From NCBI GenBank assembly GCA_039188945.1, contig JBCCYW010000004.1, positions 2,313 through 66,312 on the forward strand: a stretch of 64,000 nucleotides of DNA, in the 5' to 3' direction. The stretch comes from Patescibacteria group bacterium (GTDB lineage Bacteria > Patescibacteriota > Minisyncoccia > Phycocordibacterales > UBA918). Positions 47,432 to 55,702 of this stretch are shown here, piece by piece. The notes beneath the pieces were generated by a model. That model was not told the DNA's origin and searched no databases. It saw only the letters and a program-made list of their open reading frames with translations. The translations under genes and the position numbers were made by a program. The stretch's first letter is position 1, and each line of letters begins with the position of its first letter.

Positions 47432-48160
47432 ATGACACCAACGCTCTTTGCGATTGCGTTTTTGGGTGGCCTCATCCCGGCGCTTTTTTGGTTGTGGTTC
47501 TGGCTCCGTGAAGATCGGAAGAATCCAGAACCATTTCTCCTTATTGCCATTACCTTCATCGCTGGCATGGCGGTGGTACCGCTCGCTCTTCCGCTGCAGC
47601 AACTGGCTTGTGAAATCTTTCAAAACGGCGTTTGTCAGCCAGCCAGCGACAACCTGTTGTATACCTGGGTCATTATTGAAGAAGTCCTCAAATACGCAGC
47701 CGCATTGGTGGTAATTTTTTGGAATAAAGCCGTCGATGAGCCGATCGACATGATTATTTACATGATTACCATCGCGCTCGGGTTTGCTGCTCTCGAGAAC
47801 GCGCTCTTCATTGCCAATCCCCTAATGGCAGGCGATTATCTCAATACCGCGCTCACCGGGTCGTTCCGCTTCTTAGGCGCTACGCTCCTGCACGTACTGG
47901 CCTCAGGTACCATCGGCGTCCTGTTAGCTTTCTCGTTCTATAAGAGTAACCGGGTAAAATTATCGTTTGGTATGCTAGGGTTGTTCATTGCTATTGTATT
48001 GCACGCATTATTTAACTTTTTTATAATGGATGCAAGTGGCGAAACAATTCTAGGAGTATTTCTCTTCGTCTGGATGGGCATTATCGTACTCTTTCTACTC
48101 TTTGAGAAAGTAAAATTAGCTGAAGCCCAACATTACGCACGTCAACAAAATAATTTATGA
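47432..48160 (+). CDS. PrsW-family intramembrane metalloprotease
   Basis: EEVLKYAA (EExxK), FAALEN, HxxxSG motifs across 7 TM helices. Confidence 0.65.
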   Translation: MTPTLFAIAFLGGLIPALFWLWFWLREDRKNPEPFLLIAITFIAGMAVVPLALPLQQLACEIFQNGVCQPASDNLLYTWVIIEEVLKYAAALVVIFWNKAVDEPIDMIIYMITIALGFAALENALFIANPLMAGDYLNTALTGSFRFLGATLLHVLASGTIGVLLAFSFYKSNRVKLSFGMLGLFIAIVLHALFNFFIMDASGETILGVFLFVWMGIIVLFLLFEKVKLAEAQHYARQQNNL

Positions 48161-48163
48161 ATC

Positions 48164-48285
48164 ACGTTAGAGATAAAAACGTTACAATGAGTCGAACCAG
48201 TTTCTGTTGCTGTGGTAAAATGTTTACTAATTACTCGCCAATTAACTAACGGAAATGTCTTCCATTTCCTATCTCTAACGCGATG
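48164..48285 (+). promoter_or_regulatory. Inverted-repeat element CACGTTAGAGAT ...(about 96 nt)... ATCTCTAACGCG abutting the hsp20 ATG
   Basis: Arms are reverse complements; same motif pair recurs at 53388-53507. Confidence 0.6.
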
Positions 48286-48795
48286 AAAAAACCATCATTT
48301 CTCGAACGACTAACCGGCTCAGTCAATGCTGACGAGTACGATACTATTCTCGATGAAGAACATGAGTTTGGTGAAGCGGTAGAAGAAGGAGAGATGTATG
48401 AAGAAGAATCTGAGTGGCACGATGATGGCGCTGCAGCTGACGATACTGACCCACAAGAAGGAGAGCTTCCGGTAGACATGTATCAGACTAGTGACGACAT
48501 TGTGATTCGCGCCCTCGTAGCTGGTGTCAGCCCAGCTGATTTAGATATTGCGATTACCAGAGACATGGTAACACTCAAGGGTATGCGCGAAGAATACCAA
48601 GAGTCAGATGACGATAACTATTATCACCGCGAACTTTTCTGGGGCTCATTCTCTCGTACCCTCCTCCTCCCTGAGGAAGTGGTGATCGATGAAGCCGAAG
48701 CCCAAGAAAAGCATGGCATGCTCGAGATCCGCCTACCTAAGCTCGACAAGAACCGCAGTACCCAACTCAAGGTTAAGACCAATGCAGCGAAGTAG
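48283..48795 (+). CDS. Small heat-shock protein Hsp20/alpha-crystallin family
   Basis: Acidic N-terminus then alpha-crystallin domain (VDMYQTSDDIVIRALVAGV...GSFSRTLLLPEEV). Confidence 0.8.
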   Translation: MKKPSFLERLTGSVNADEYDTILDEEHEFGEAVEEGEMYEEESEWHDDGAAADDTDPQEGELPVDMYQTSDDIVIRALVAGVSPADLDIAITRDMVTLKGMREEYQESDDDNYYHRELFWGSFSRTLLLPEEVVIDEAEAQEKHGMLEIRLPKLDKNRSTQLKVKTNAAK

Positions 48796-48851
48796 AAAGA
48801 GACTCCTGTTTGTGATACTAATGTAGCAGATCAAAATATGGAGGACCAGAA

Positions 48852-49991
48852 ATGGCTTTAGGTGAAAGTGCAGTGAGTCCAGAGGTAATTACCAGTTGGA
48901 CTTATGAGAACGTCGTAACAAACCGAGGAGCACCTTTCGTGATAGAGGTGAAGAGTGGTAAGGCAGGCCTCGTTGCAAAGCTTTTTGCTCGTTACATCGT
49001 AGACGTTAATATCACTCCAGCGTATCGAACAAATGTTGAGCATGGTTGCTTTGGCCAATACACCCGCTACGACATCGTCAAGCACGAATATGCAGCTTCG
49101 ATGGTAAGTTACGTAGAGCTTATCGAGATCAGAGACGCTCCTGAGGGCCGAAACCCGATCGTTATCCATTATCATGGCTCTGACGAAGGTGACTTCTTCA
49201 TGGAATGGGAAGATCTCGAAAGTGCACAAACGGCGTTTAAGAGCCGCTTGGGCTTTCAAATTTACAATCTGGGAAGTCATCCAGGACACGTGAGAACAAT
49301 CAGACTGGGTGCACTGCAGCCCTGGTTCTACGCTGTTGGTGACCAAGAACTAGTCGGAGACTACGCTGTTCCCTTGGGTGTGCAAGACGACCCTGAGTTC
49401 AGGCTTGGAGAGCAATACGTTGTGTTTGAAGACGGCCTACCTCGGGCGGCAGTCTGTCTTGGCACCCGCTTTATCGCCAAGCACTATCAAGAACACCGAA
49501 GTTCTTGGAGCTTTCGTCGTGACGAGACGGTGGAAACCTTTCGTCTTGTGCACTTCTCAGATGGCTATATCTGGGATGAGCGTAAGGCTAGCGAAAAGAC
49601 TCCTCGCCCTATGAAGGCTGAAGAAGCCTGGATCGCTGAAGTAGTTGCTCAATTCCGCGCCTGTTTGGCCGGAGAAAGAACAGACGTCAACATCCAGTTT
49701 ACCGACGGCACAGCTTTCACTGGTTGTGTCAAGGGCTCTCGTATAACCAAACACTCCAAAGCTGGTGATTACGAAGTGCGAGCCATGATATCTCGTGACG
49801 GAAAGCCTGCAGAGCTCAAAGAAGGTTGGTTCAATGGCTTCGTTCCAAGCGTAGAACATCCTGACGTCATCTCCTTTGCTAAGGCTGAAGCGTTGAAAAA
49901 AGGTTCTGAAATCAAAACTATAGAGATTATTGGCTTCAAACCACCTGATGGTAAACGTAGGGCGTGGTCAGGGGTATTCTATTCCCACTAA
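48852..49991 (+). CDS. Hypothetical protein (379 aa), no recognisable domain
   Basis: Long ORF followed by two tandem intrinsic terminators (50013-50046, 50102-50133). Confidence 0.5.
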   Translation: MALGESAVSPEVITSWTYENVVTNRGAPFVIEVKSGKAGLVAKLFARYIVDVNITPAYRTNVEHGCFGQYTRYDIVKHEYAASMVSYVELIEIRDAPEGRNPIVIHYHGSDEGDFFMEWEDLESAQTAFKSRLGFQIYNLGSHPGHVRTIRLGALQPWFYAVGDQELVGDYAVPLGVQDDPEFRLGEQYVVFEDGLPRAAVCLGTRFIAKHYQEHRSSWSFRRDETVETFRLVHFSDGYIWDERKASEKTPRPMKAEEAWIAEVVAQFRACLAGERTDVNIQFTDGTAFTGCVKGSRITKHSKAGDYEVRAMISRDGKPAELKEGWFNGFVPSVEHPDVISFAKAEALKKGSEIKTIEIIGFKPPDGKRRAWSGVFYSH

Positions 49992-50012
49992 CGGTTCCTT
50001 TTTAACAACTTC

Positions 50013-50046
50013 GAGCGGCGCACCAGTGTGCCGCTCGTTTTCATTT
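50013..50046 (+). terminator. Intrinsic terminator GAGCGGCGCAC-CAGT-GTGCCGCTC + T-rich
   Basis: Seen in sequence. Confidence 0.65.
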
Positions 50047-50101
50047 TAGTAAGTTAAATTAAAGTAAAAACTCTGCGAAGTCATAAATTTTGAATGAATT
50101 A

Positions 50102-50133
50102 GGCCGGTCCCTAATCGGGACCGGCCTTTTTTT
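50102..50133 (+). terminator. Intrinsic terminator GGCCGGTCCC-TAAT-CGGGACCGGCC + TTTTTTT
   Basis: Seen in sequence. Confidence 0.7.
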
Positions 50134-50326
50134 GGATTGAGATCCACCGTGGATCAACCTCACCACATACTCGCACAGACATATGACCATGAGCTGGTGG
50201 ATTAATTGAGCAGATAGTAATCTGCTCATTCCTACTTGCTTCCATGATCACAGCACCTATTTCCTGTAATGTTGCGTCGGGATGATTAGTAAGATGCGCT
50301 TGCACAGCGTCAGTCAGCATGCACAT
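50111..50326 (-). CDS. Small hypothetical protein (71 aa)
   Basis: GGGAGG RBS 7 nt upstream of ATG; C-terminus overlaps the 50102 hairpin. Confidence 0.4.
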   Translation of the reverse strand: MCMLTDAVQAHLTNHPDATLQEIGAVIMEASRNEQITICSINPPAHGHMSVRVCGEVDPRWISIQKKAGPD

Positions 50327-50571
50327 AGTAGCCTCCCTTCTAAAGAACCATCATCTGAAACGAAAAATCCGCCTCAGATGGCGGGTTTCAAATTAATTGG
50401 AGAAGAGCTCAAAAACCACCACCTATTGCGGATTACTTACCAGCGACGAGCAGAACATGCTCCAGGTAGTAATGGTCTTAGTGAGCTTCATTACTTTGAG
50501 TATACAGCTTGATTAAAGTTCTGCAAACAAAGATACCGACACTCCAAATAGTGGAATGCCGGTATTGTCAC

Positions 50572-50790
50572 CTAAGTGGTCTTAACGAAGGCTGTGATGC
50601 TGCATACTCCATCAATATGTGGAGAGAGAGCAATATCAGCAAGCCTTAAACCTTTTGGTATCCGGTCGGGATTACCCCCGCGGAGACGGACTCTTCCGGT
50701 CACCTCTGGCTTGTCCAGAGTCACCTGACCAACCTCTACTCGAGGATGACCATCACGGTCGAAAATTTGAACAGTTGTAATATCAGCCAT
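50572..50790 (-). CDS. Small hypothetical protein (72 aa)
   Basis: AAAGGAGA RBS 6 nt upstream of ATG. Confidence 0.45.
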   Translation of the reverse strand: MADITTVQIFDRDGHPRVEVGQVTLDKPEVTGRVRLRGGNPDRIPKGLRLADIALSPHIDGVCSITAFVKTT

Positions 50791-50931
50791 CTTGTTCTCC
50801 TTTGGTTGTACTGCAGTGATAATGCTTTAAATATTCCGTAATGTCAATATTTTCTACATATTGATACATTGACTACAGGTCAAGTACCTACCCTTCTTGT
50901 AACCGCTTGAACCATATGATTGCTGTTCAAA

Positions 50932-51300
50932 CTATCTACACTTTACTGAAATTGAGTAATTCGTACCATCATCTTCAAATTTTGTTACATGTGCTTTTTC
51001 ATTAACTTCAGTACACTTAAGGGTATCAAACCTCATATTACGCAGCACATTTGGAGCATTTTTGTATGCCTCTAAAATTCTCATTTTGACGTCTTCTTCC
51101 GCAACAACTTCTTCATTTAAAAATCTTTCAAATTCTTCTACAGGTGGCGCCGCTTCTGCCTCTTCAGAGTCAAATCCTACCTTCATTGCTAAAGCGCCAC
51201 CACCCAACCGTGCACTCTTTCTCAAAAATTCTCTTCTGCTTAATTCTGGCTGTCCTTCCACATTTAGATTATAGCATGCATCAAGGGCAGATTCGGTCAC
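50932..51300 (-). CDS. Small protein with twin-arginine (Tat)-like signal SRREFLRKSARLGGGALA
   Basis: RRxFLK motif followed by hydrophobic stretch. Confidence 0.45.
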   Translation of the reverse strand: MTESALDACYNLNVEGQPELSRREFLRKSARLGGGALAMKVGFDSEEAEAAPPVEEFERFLNEEVVAEEDVKMRILEAYKNAPNVLRNMRFDTLKCTEVNEKAHVTKFEDDGTNYSISVKCR

Positions 51301-51391
51301 AAGTCAAAATCAAAGATTTTGCTCGCGACCCTGGCTCGCTTGTAAACATCGTTCCGCCTTTCTCGTCTGCTAACACAAAAAGCAGTTTTTG

Positions 51392-51465
51392 TGCTCAGGG
51401 GCAGATTCGAACTGCCGACACCTGGTTCTTCAGACCAGTGCTCTAACCAACTGAGCTACCTGAGC
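51392..51465 (-). tRNA. tRNA-Phe (anticodon GAA)
   Basis: Reverse complement GCTCAGGTAGCTCAGTTGGTTAGAGCACTGGTCTGAAGAACCAGGTGTCGGCAGTTCGAATCTGCCCCTGAGCA; followed by terminator hairpin CACAAAAA-CTGC-TTTTTGTG. Confidence 0.85.
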
Positions 51466-51513
51466 AGGTAGATAGTGAGGAGTATTGTACTGATTTTTAA
51501 GCTTTTTTCAACG

Positions 51514-51831
51514 CTATTCCCCACCATTAAACGAAGAGTGGAATAATTCGTTTACTTGCTTCCAACCAGGGATTTCTTGGATACCAGCACTAAACACTTC
51601 ATAATTTGAGCCCAAAGCGGTGAAATACGGCTCGAGTACATAGAAATAAAGTGCAAACGGCAAACCGATCAATAGTCCGTACCAGACAATCCGCAACCAA
51701 AAGCCCAACATCATATTGCGATGCATACGACGGACTAGCTCGTTATTCTCAGTTAATAATCGCTGATTTTCACGCAACAATTCTTCCAACCGCGCATGCT
51801 GTTTCGCGCTCTCGTTATGTTCAGGTGGCAT
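51514..51831 (-). CDS. Hypothetical membrane protein with N-terminal coiled-coil (105 aa)
   Basis: ORF, one or two TM helices. Confidence 0.4.
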   Translation of the reverse strand: MPPEHNESAKQHARLEELLRENQRLLTENNELVRRMHRNMMLGFWLRIVWYGLLIGLPFALYFYVLEPYFTALGSNYEVFSAGIQEIPGWKQVNELFHSSFNGGE

Positions 51832-51874
51832 AGTGAGTTCATTATAGCAAAGTTATGCTACAGTATCGCGACTT

Positions 51875-51946
51875 GCCCCTGTAGTTTAATGGATAGAACA
51901 ACTCCGTCCTAAGGAGAAGATCTGGGTTCGACTCCTAGTGGGGGCA
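51875..51946 (+). tRNA. tRNA-Arg (anticodon CCT)
   Basis: GCCCCTGTAGTTTAATGGATAGAACAACTCCGTCCTAAGGAGAAGATCTGGGTTCGACTCCTAGTGGGGGCA. Confidence 0.75.
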
Positions 51947-52015
51947 CTAGTTGACTTTTTATATTTTTATGTTATTCTAATTGCTAGCAAATGGTCTCAA
52001 ATAGGAGGAATCTTG

Positions 52016-52504
52016 ATGATCACTTTCACCGGCACTGTCAAATTCTTCAATGAAGAAAAAGGCTACGGTTTCATCGTTCCCGATGGCGGCGGCAAGGATG
52101 TGTTCCTACACATCTCCAACTTCACCGGTAGCGGCGTGGGCGATATTCCCTCTGCCGGTATCGCAGTCACCTATCAGGTGGGTCGTGGCAAGGGAGAAAA
52201 AGACGAAGCTTGGAATGTTGAACTGGCGGTCGCTCCATTGAATATTGGTGACAAGACCTTCGGCACAATCACGTGGTTCAACTGGGATGAGGGCAAGCTG
52301 TATGGTTTTGTTGCAGTTCCCGGCCTGTCGGAAAAGGTGTTCCTGCACGTGAACGATCTCACAGGCCTCACGGACAAGGAGAAGGTGTGGGTCGACAAGG
52401 GTACCGAGTTGGTCTTCACGTTGCAGCAAGGCAGGAAAGGCTACCGCGCCCATTGTGCCTCGCTTGCCAAGACTTCGAAGGTCGTACCGATCAAGTGTGC
52501 CTAA
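52016..52504 (+). CDS. Tandem cold-shock-domain protein (two CSDs)
   Basis: GTVKFFNEEKGYGFI and GTITWFNWDEGKLYGFV; GGAGG RBS before internal ATG of track ORF 51938..52504. Confidence 0.75.
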   Translation: MITFTGTVKFFNEEKGYGFIVPDGGGKDVFLHISNFTGSGVGDIPSAGIAVTYQVGRGKGEKDEAWNVELAVAPLNIGDKTFGTITWFNWDEGKLYGFVAVPGLSEKVFLHVNDLTGLTDKEKVWVDKGTELVFTLQQGRKGYRAHCASLAKTSKVVPIKCA

Positions 52505-52661
52505 AGAAGATAGACGCCCCGAAGATTGGAAGTCCCGGTCTTCGGGACTTTCTTTTATTTACATTCCCCACCCACTACCAAATTCGTTTCTAGTGACGAT
52601 TGATAAATGGTAGGGAAGAGCGGCGCCGGTAGGCGCCGCTCGTTGTGCAAGTGATTGCTCT

Positions 52662-52892
52662 CTACTTCCCTAGCAATTCTCGTAGTTTTGGTTCATCAAA
52701 ACCAACAATCACGTCTTCGCCAACTCTAATCACTGGTACGCCCATTTGGCCAGTCATTTCGATCATTTCCTGGCGCTTTTCTGCATCTGCTGCAACATCA
52801 TGCTCCATAAACGCCACTTCGTGTTCCTTAAAAAAATCCTTCGCTGCTACACAAAACTGACAAACTGGAGTGCTATATATAGTTACTTCCAT
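52662..52892 (-). CDS. Glutaredoxin / NrdH-like redoxin
   Basis: CQFC active site, 76 aa thioredoxin fold. Confidence 0.75.
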   Translation of the reverse strand: MEVTIYSTPVCQFCVAAKDFFKEHEVAFMEHDVAADAEKRQEMIEMTGQMGVPVIRVGEDVIVGFDEPKLRELLGK

Positions 52893-52979
52893 AAGTATTG
52901 ATTTACGCGAATAGTCGCTACTTTGATACGTCTACGTTGGACCTATCTTTCACAATTTTAGTATACCAACTCTCACCTA

Positions 52980-53357
52980 CTACCAAAAGCGGTACCAAGG
53001 TCGTTCTGGAGTGGTGGTCGTTGCTGCTCCCGCAATTTCAGGCAGCGGTTCAGTATCATCAAGAATAATTACGACCTGTTCGCCTTCTCGAGCAACATCA
53101 AACTGTCGTCTCACTTCGGCCTCAATGCCTCGCTCATTACTCAAATAGTCAACTCGCTCAGAAAGCGCTGCTCGACGAGCTTCTAATTCAGAAAGTTCTG
53201 CCTCTATCGCAGCACGCCTGGCTGCCATGTCGCGCTCAACCGTATATCGTTCATACACACTGCGGACTGAAAAAATAGTCAGCAATACCAATACAGCTAA
53301 AAGGATTTTTGAGCGTGTAAAGTTACGCCATTGTTGTTTTTGTCGCAGTTTGGACAT
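52980..53357 (-). CDS. Septum formation initiator (FtsB/DivIC-like): TM + coiled coil
   Basis: N-terminal TM then heptad-rich AAIEAELSELEARRAALSER. Confidence 0.6.
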   Translation of the reverse strand: MSKLRQKQQWRNFTRSKILLAVLVLLTIFSVRSVYERYTVERDMAARRAAIEAELSELEARRAALSERVDYLSNERGIEAEVRRQFDVAREGEQVVIILDDTEPLPEIAGAATTTTPERPWYRFW

Positions 53358-53387
53358 GTGGTAGTATTATACCAACATATTTATGAG

Positions 53388-53507
53388 TCCCGTTAGAGAT
53401 CACGAAAGTTTGTATTTTTATACTTATTCTTTAAAACCAACCGGTCGAATTGGTTTTGTCAGGCACACACTATTTGGGAAGTGTAACTTCCTATCTCTAA
53501 CGGGATG
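53388..53507 (+). promoter_or_regulatory. Second copy of inverted-repeat element TCCCGTTAGAGAT ...(about 92 nt)... ATCTCTAACGGGA; right arm abuts ATG of a 40-aa membrane ORF, left arm lies 33 nt upstream of divergent ftsB-like start
   Basis: Perfect 13-nt reverse-complement arms; same motif as 48164-48285. Confidence 0.6.
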
Positions 53508-53627
53508 AGTTTTCTCTACGACAAGCGAACCAAAGCCGCCATTAAATGGGTCTGGGTAGTGATTGCGGTGCTCATTATCCTCAGCATGGTCCTGACTTTC
53601 TTTGCTGGTACTGGTCACGTTATTTAG
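53505..53627 (+). CDS. Putative 40-aa single-TM protein (MSFLYDKRTKAAIKWVWVVIAVLIILSMVLTFFAGTGHVI)
   Basis: Short ORF immediately after conserved IR arm; not in ORF track (<60 aa). Confidence 0.3.
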   Translation: MSFLYDKRTKAAIKWVWVVIAVLIILSMVLTFFAGTGHVI

Positions 53628-53864
53628 CTTAAAGGCCTCTTTCTTGTATATGAGGCGAAGATTTAGATTACTGCAGATACGAGGCGCTGGAGGAAAATAA
53701 GTCGAATGCGGCTATAGCCGAGTGAGACTTATTTTACCGAACAGCAACAAAGTAGCTGTGGTGATATTAATCTTCGCCCTTCATCCTTACAGGATCAGTA
53801 CACCTTTTGGCTATTCCTGCTCGCAAACTCACAGACTAGCTCAAAAGCTCATGAAAGATGACAT

Positions 53865-55658
53865 TTAGTCATCTTTCATCATCTTCATGAACACGTCCGG
53901 CGGAATATGCACATTCCCCGTCCCCCGCTCAAGCATTTTCTTCTTTCCTTTCTTTTGATTCTCACGCAACTTCATCTTTCGGGTGATATCACCGCCATAC
54001 AGCTTGGCGGTCACATCTTTCCGGAGGGCAGAGAGTTTTTTCGTAGCGGTGATCTTTCCGAGTACACGAGCTTGGATCTTGGTCGCAAACTGTTGCCGCG
54101 GCAATGTTTTATAGAGCTTCTCGGTAATGGCATTAGCCTCAGTATCTGCTCTGGTGACACCCACTACTCGCGAAAACGCCGGCACCTCTTCTTCAGCTAC
54201 CAACACATCAAGGCGAGTCACTGAGGCGGGGCGTAATTCCGCAATTTCATAGGAAAGTGAGGCATAGCCACTAGAAGCGTTCTTGAGCTTATCGAAGAAG
54301 CCGCGCATTAGTTCGCGAAGTGGCATCTCAATTGCTAGCAGGGTGCGTCCATCTCCAAATACCTCAGTATCAAGCACGCTGGCCTCATGTTCGTAGAGCA
54401 AGGTCATGATATTGCCCATGTAATCACCGGGCAAAATAATCTGCCCGAGAATCCAGGGCTCCCGGATGTCTGCTTTAGCACCATGATCGGGAAAGCGCGT
54501 GGCGGCGTAGATTTCTTCCACCTTGCCATCAGACCAAGTCACTTCGTAAGAAATCGATGGTGAGGTAATGATAATTTCAATATTAAATTCGCGACGTAGT
54601 CGCTCGGTCACAATCTCCATATGGAGCATACCCAAGAAACCACACCGAAAACCACGCCCCAAAATACCTGACGATTCTTCTTCGTAGGAGAGTGAGGAAT
54701 CAGACAAGCGCAAGCGGTCGAGAGCTTGGCGCAAAATAGTGAAATCATCCTGACTTTCCGGAAAGACCGATGACCATACCACTGGTGGAGCCTCCTGATA
54801 GCCCGCCAAAGGCTCAGCAGCGGTCTTCTCCGGACGCACCGTATCACCCACATTAGCGACGCCTGGCTCTTTAATGCCCGTTACGATGTAGCCAATCTCA
54901 CCAGAAGACAGGGTTCCAGTTGGCACCTCCTGCGGAGCAAGAATACCCACCTCAAGTGCCTGGAACCGTTTACCGCTGGCGGCAAATTCTAAGTTGTCTC
55001 CTTTCTTAATCTGACCATCAACTACTCGCTGATACACAATAATCCCACGGTGATTTGAGTATTGAAAGTCAAAGATAAGCCCGCGGTAGGTATCAGCTGG
55101 CTTTTGCTCAGGTGCTGGGATCCTCTCACAAATGGCATTTAAAAGCCCTTGCACTCCTTCTCCGGTCTTTCCTGAAGCCAAAACAATATCTTCCCGTTGG
55201 CACTCGAGAAGATTAATAATCTCATTCCCCACCTCTTCTACTCGGGCGTGTGGCACATCGATTTTTGAGAGCACGGGAATAATGGTAAGTCCCTGATCTT
55301 TAGCCATTTGAAGTGTGGTGAGGGTCTGGGCCTGCACGCCCTGCGTGCTATCAACCAACAAGAGCACCCCTTCCACCGCGTTAAGTGCTCGCGAGACTTC
55401 GTAGGAAAAGTCAATGTGACCAGGCGTGTCAATGAGATTTAATATGTATTCCTCACCCTGATACTGATAGCTCATGCGTGCCGGCTGCATCTTGATCGTA
55501 ATCCCTCTCTCCCGCTCAAGCTCCATAGAGTCCAGTACCTGATCTTTCATCAGGCGAGCTTCGACCGTTTTGGTGACCTCGAGCATACGATCAGCCAGAG
55601 TCGACTTGCCGTGATCGATGTGCGCGATAATACTAAAATTCCTAATATTCTGAGCCAT
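53865..55658 (-). CDS. lepA: Elongation factor 4
   Basis: IRNFSIIAHIDHGKSTLADR, 597 aa, LepA-specific C-terminal domain. Confidence 0.95.
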   Translation of the reverse strand: MAQNIRNFSIIAHIDHGKSTLADRMLEVTKTVEARLMKDQVLDSMELERERGITIKMQPARMSYQYQGEEYILNLIDTPGHIDFSYEVSRALNAVEGVLLLVDSTQGVQAQTLTTLQMAKDQGLTIIPVLSKIDVPHARVEEVGNEIINLLECQREDIVLASGKTGEGVQGLLNAICERIPAPEQKPADTYRGLIFDFQYSNHRGIIVYQRVVDGQIKKGDNLEFAASGKRFQALEVGILAPQEVPTGTLSSGEIGYIVTGIKEPGVANVGDTVRPEKTAAEPLAGYQEAPPVVWSSVFPESQDDFTILRQALDRLRLSDSSLSYEEESSGILGRGFRCGFLGMLHMEIVTERLRREFNIEIIITSPSISYEVTWSDGKVEEIYAATRFPDHGAKADIREPWILGQIILPGDYMGNIMTLLYEHEASVLDTEVFGDGRTLLAIEMPLRELMRGFFDKLKNASSGYASLSYEIAELRPASVTRLDVLVAEEEVPAFSRVVGVTRADTEANAITEKLYKTLPRQQFATKIQARVLGKITATKKLSALRKDVTAKLYGGDITRKMKLRENQKKGKKKMLERGTGNVHIPPDVFMKMMKDD

Positions 55659-55702
55659 AATTTAGTTCCGATACTCTACCCTACTGAAGCAAAAAAGCCA
55701 GC

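Noticed and set aside
48164-53507. MITE hypothesis for the two inverted-repeat loci
   Set aside because: Only the 13-nt arms and a TTCCT spacer are shared; internal 90-nt sequences are unrelated and there are no target-site duplications, so a transposable element with a conserved core is unlikely
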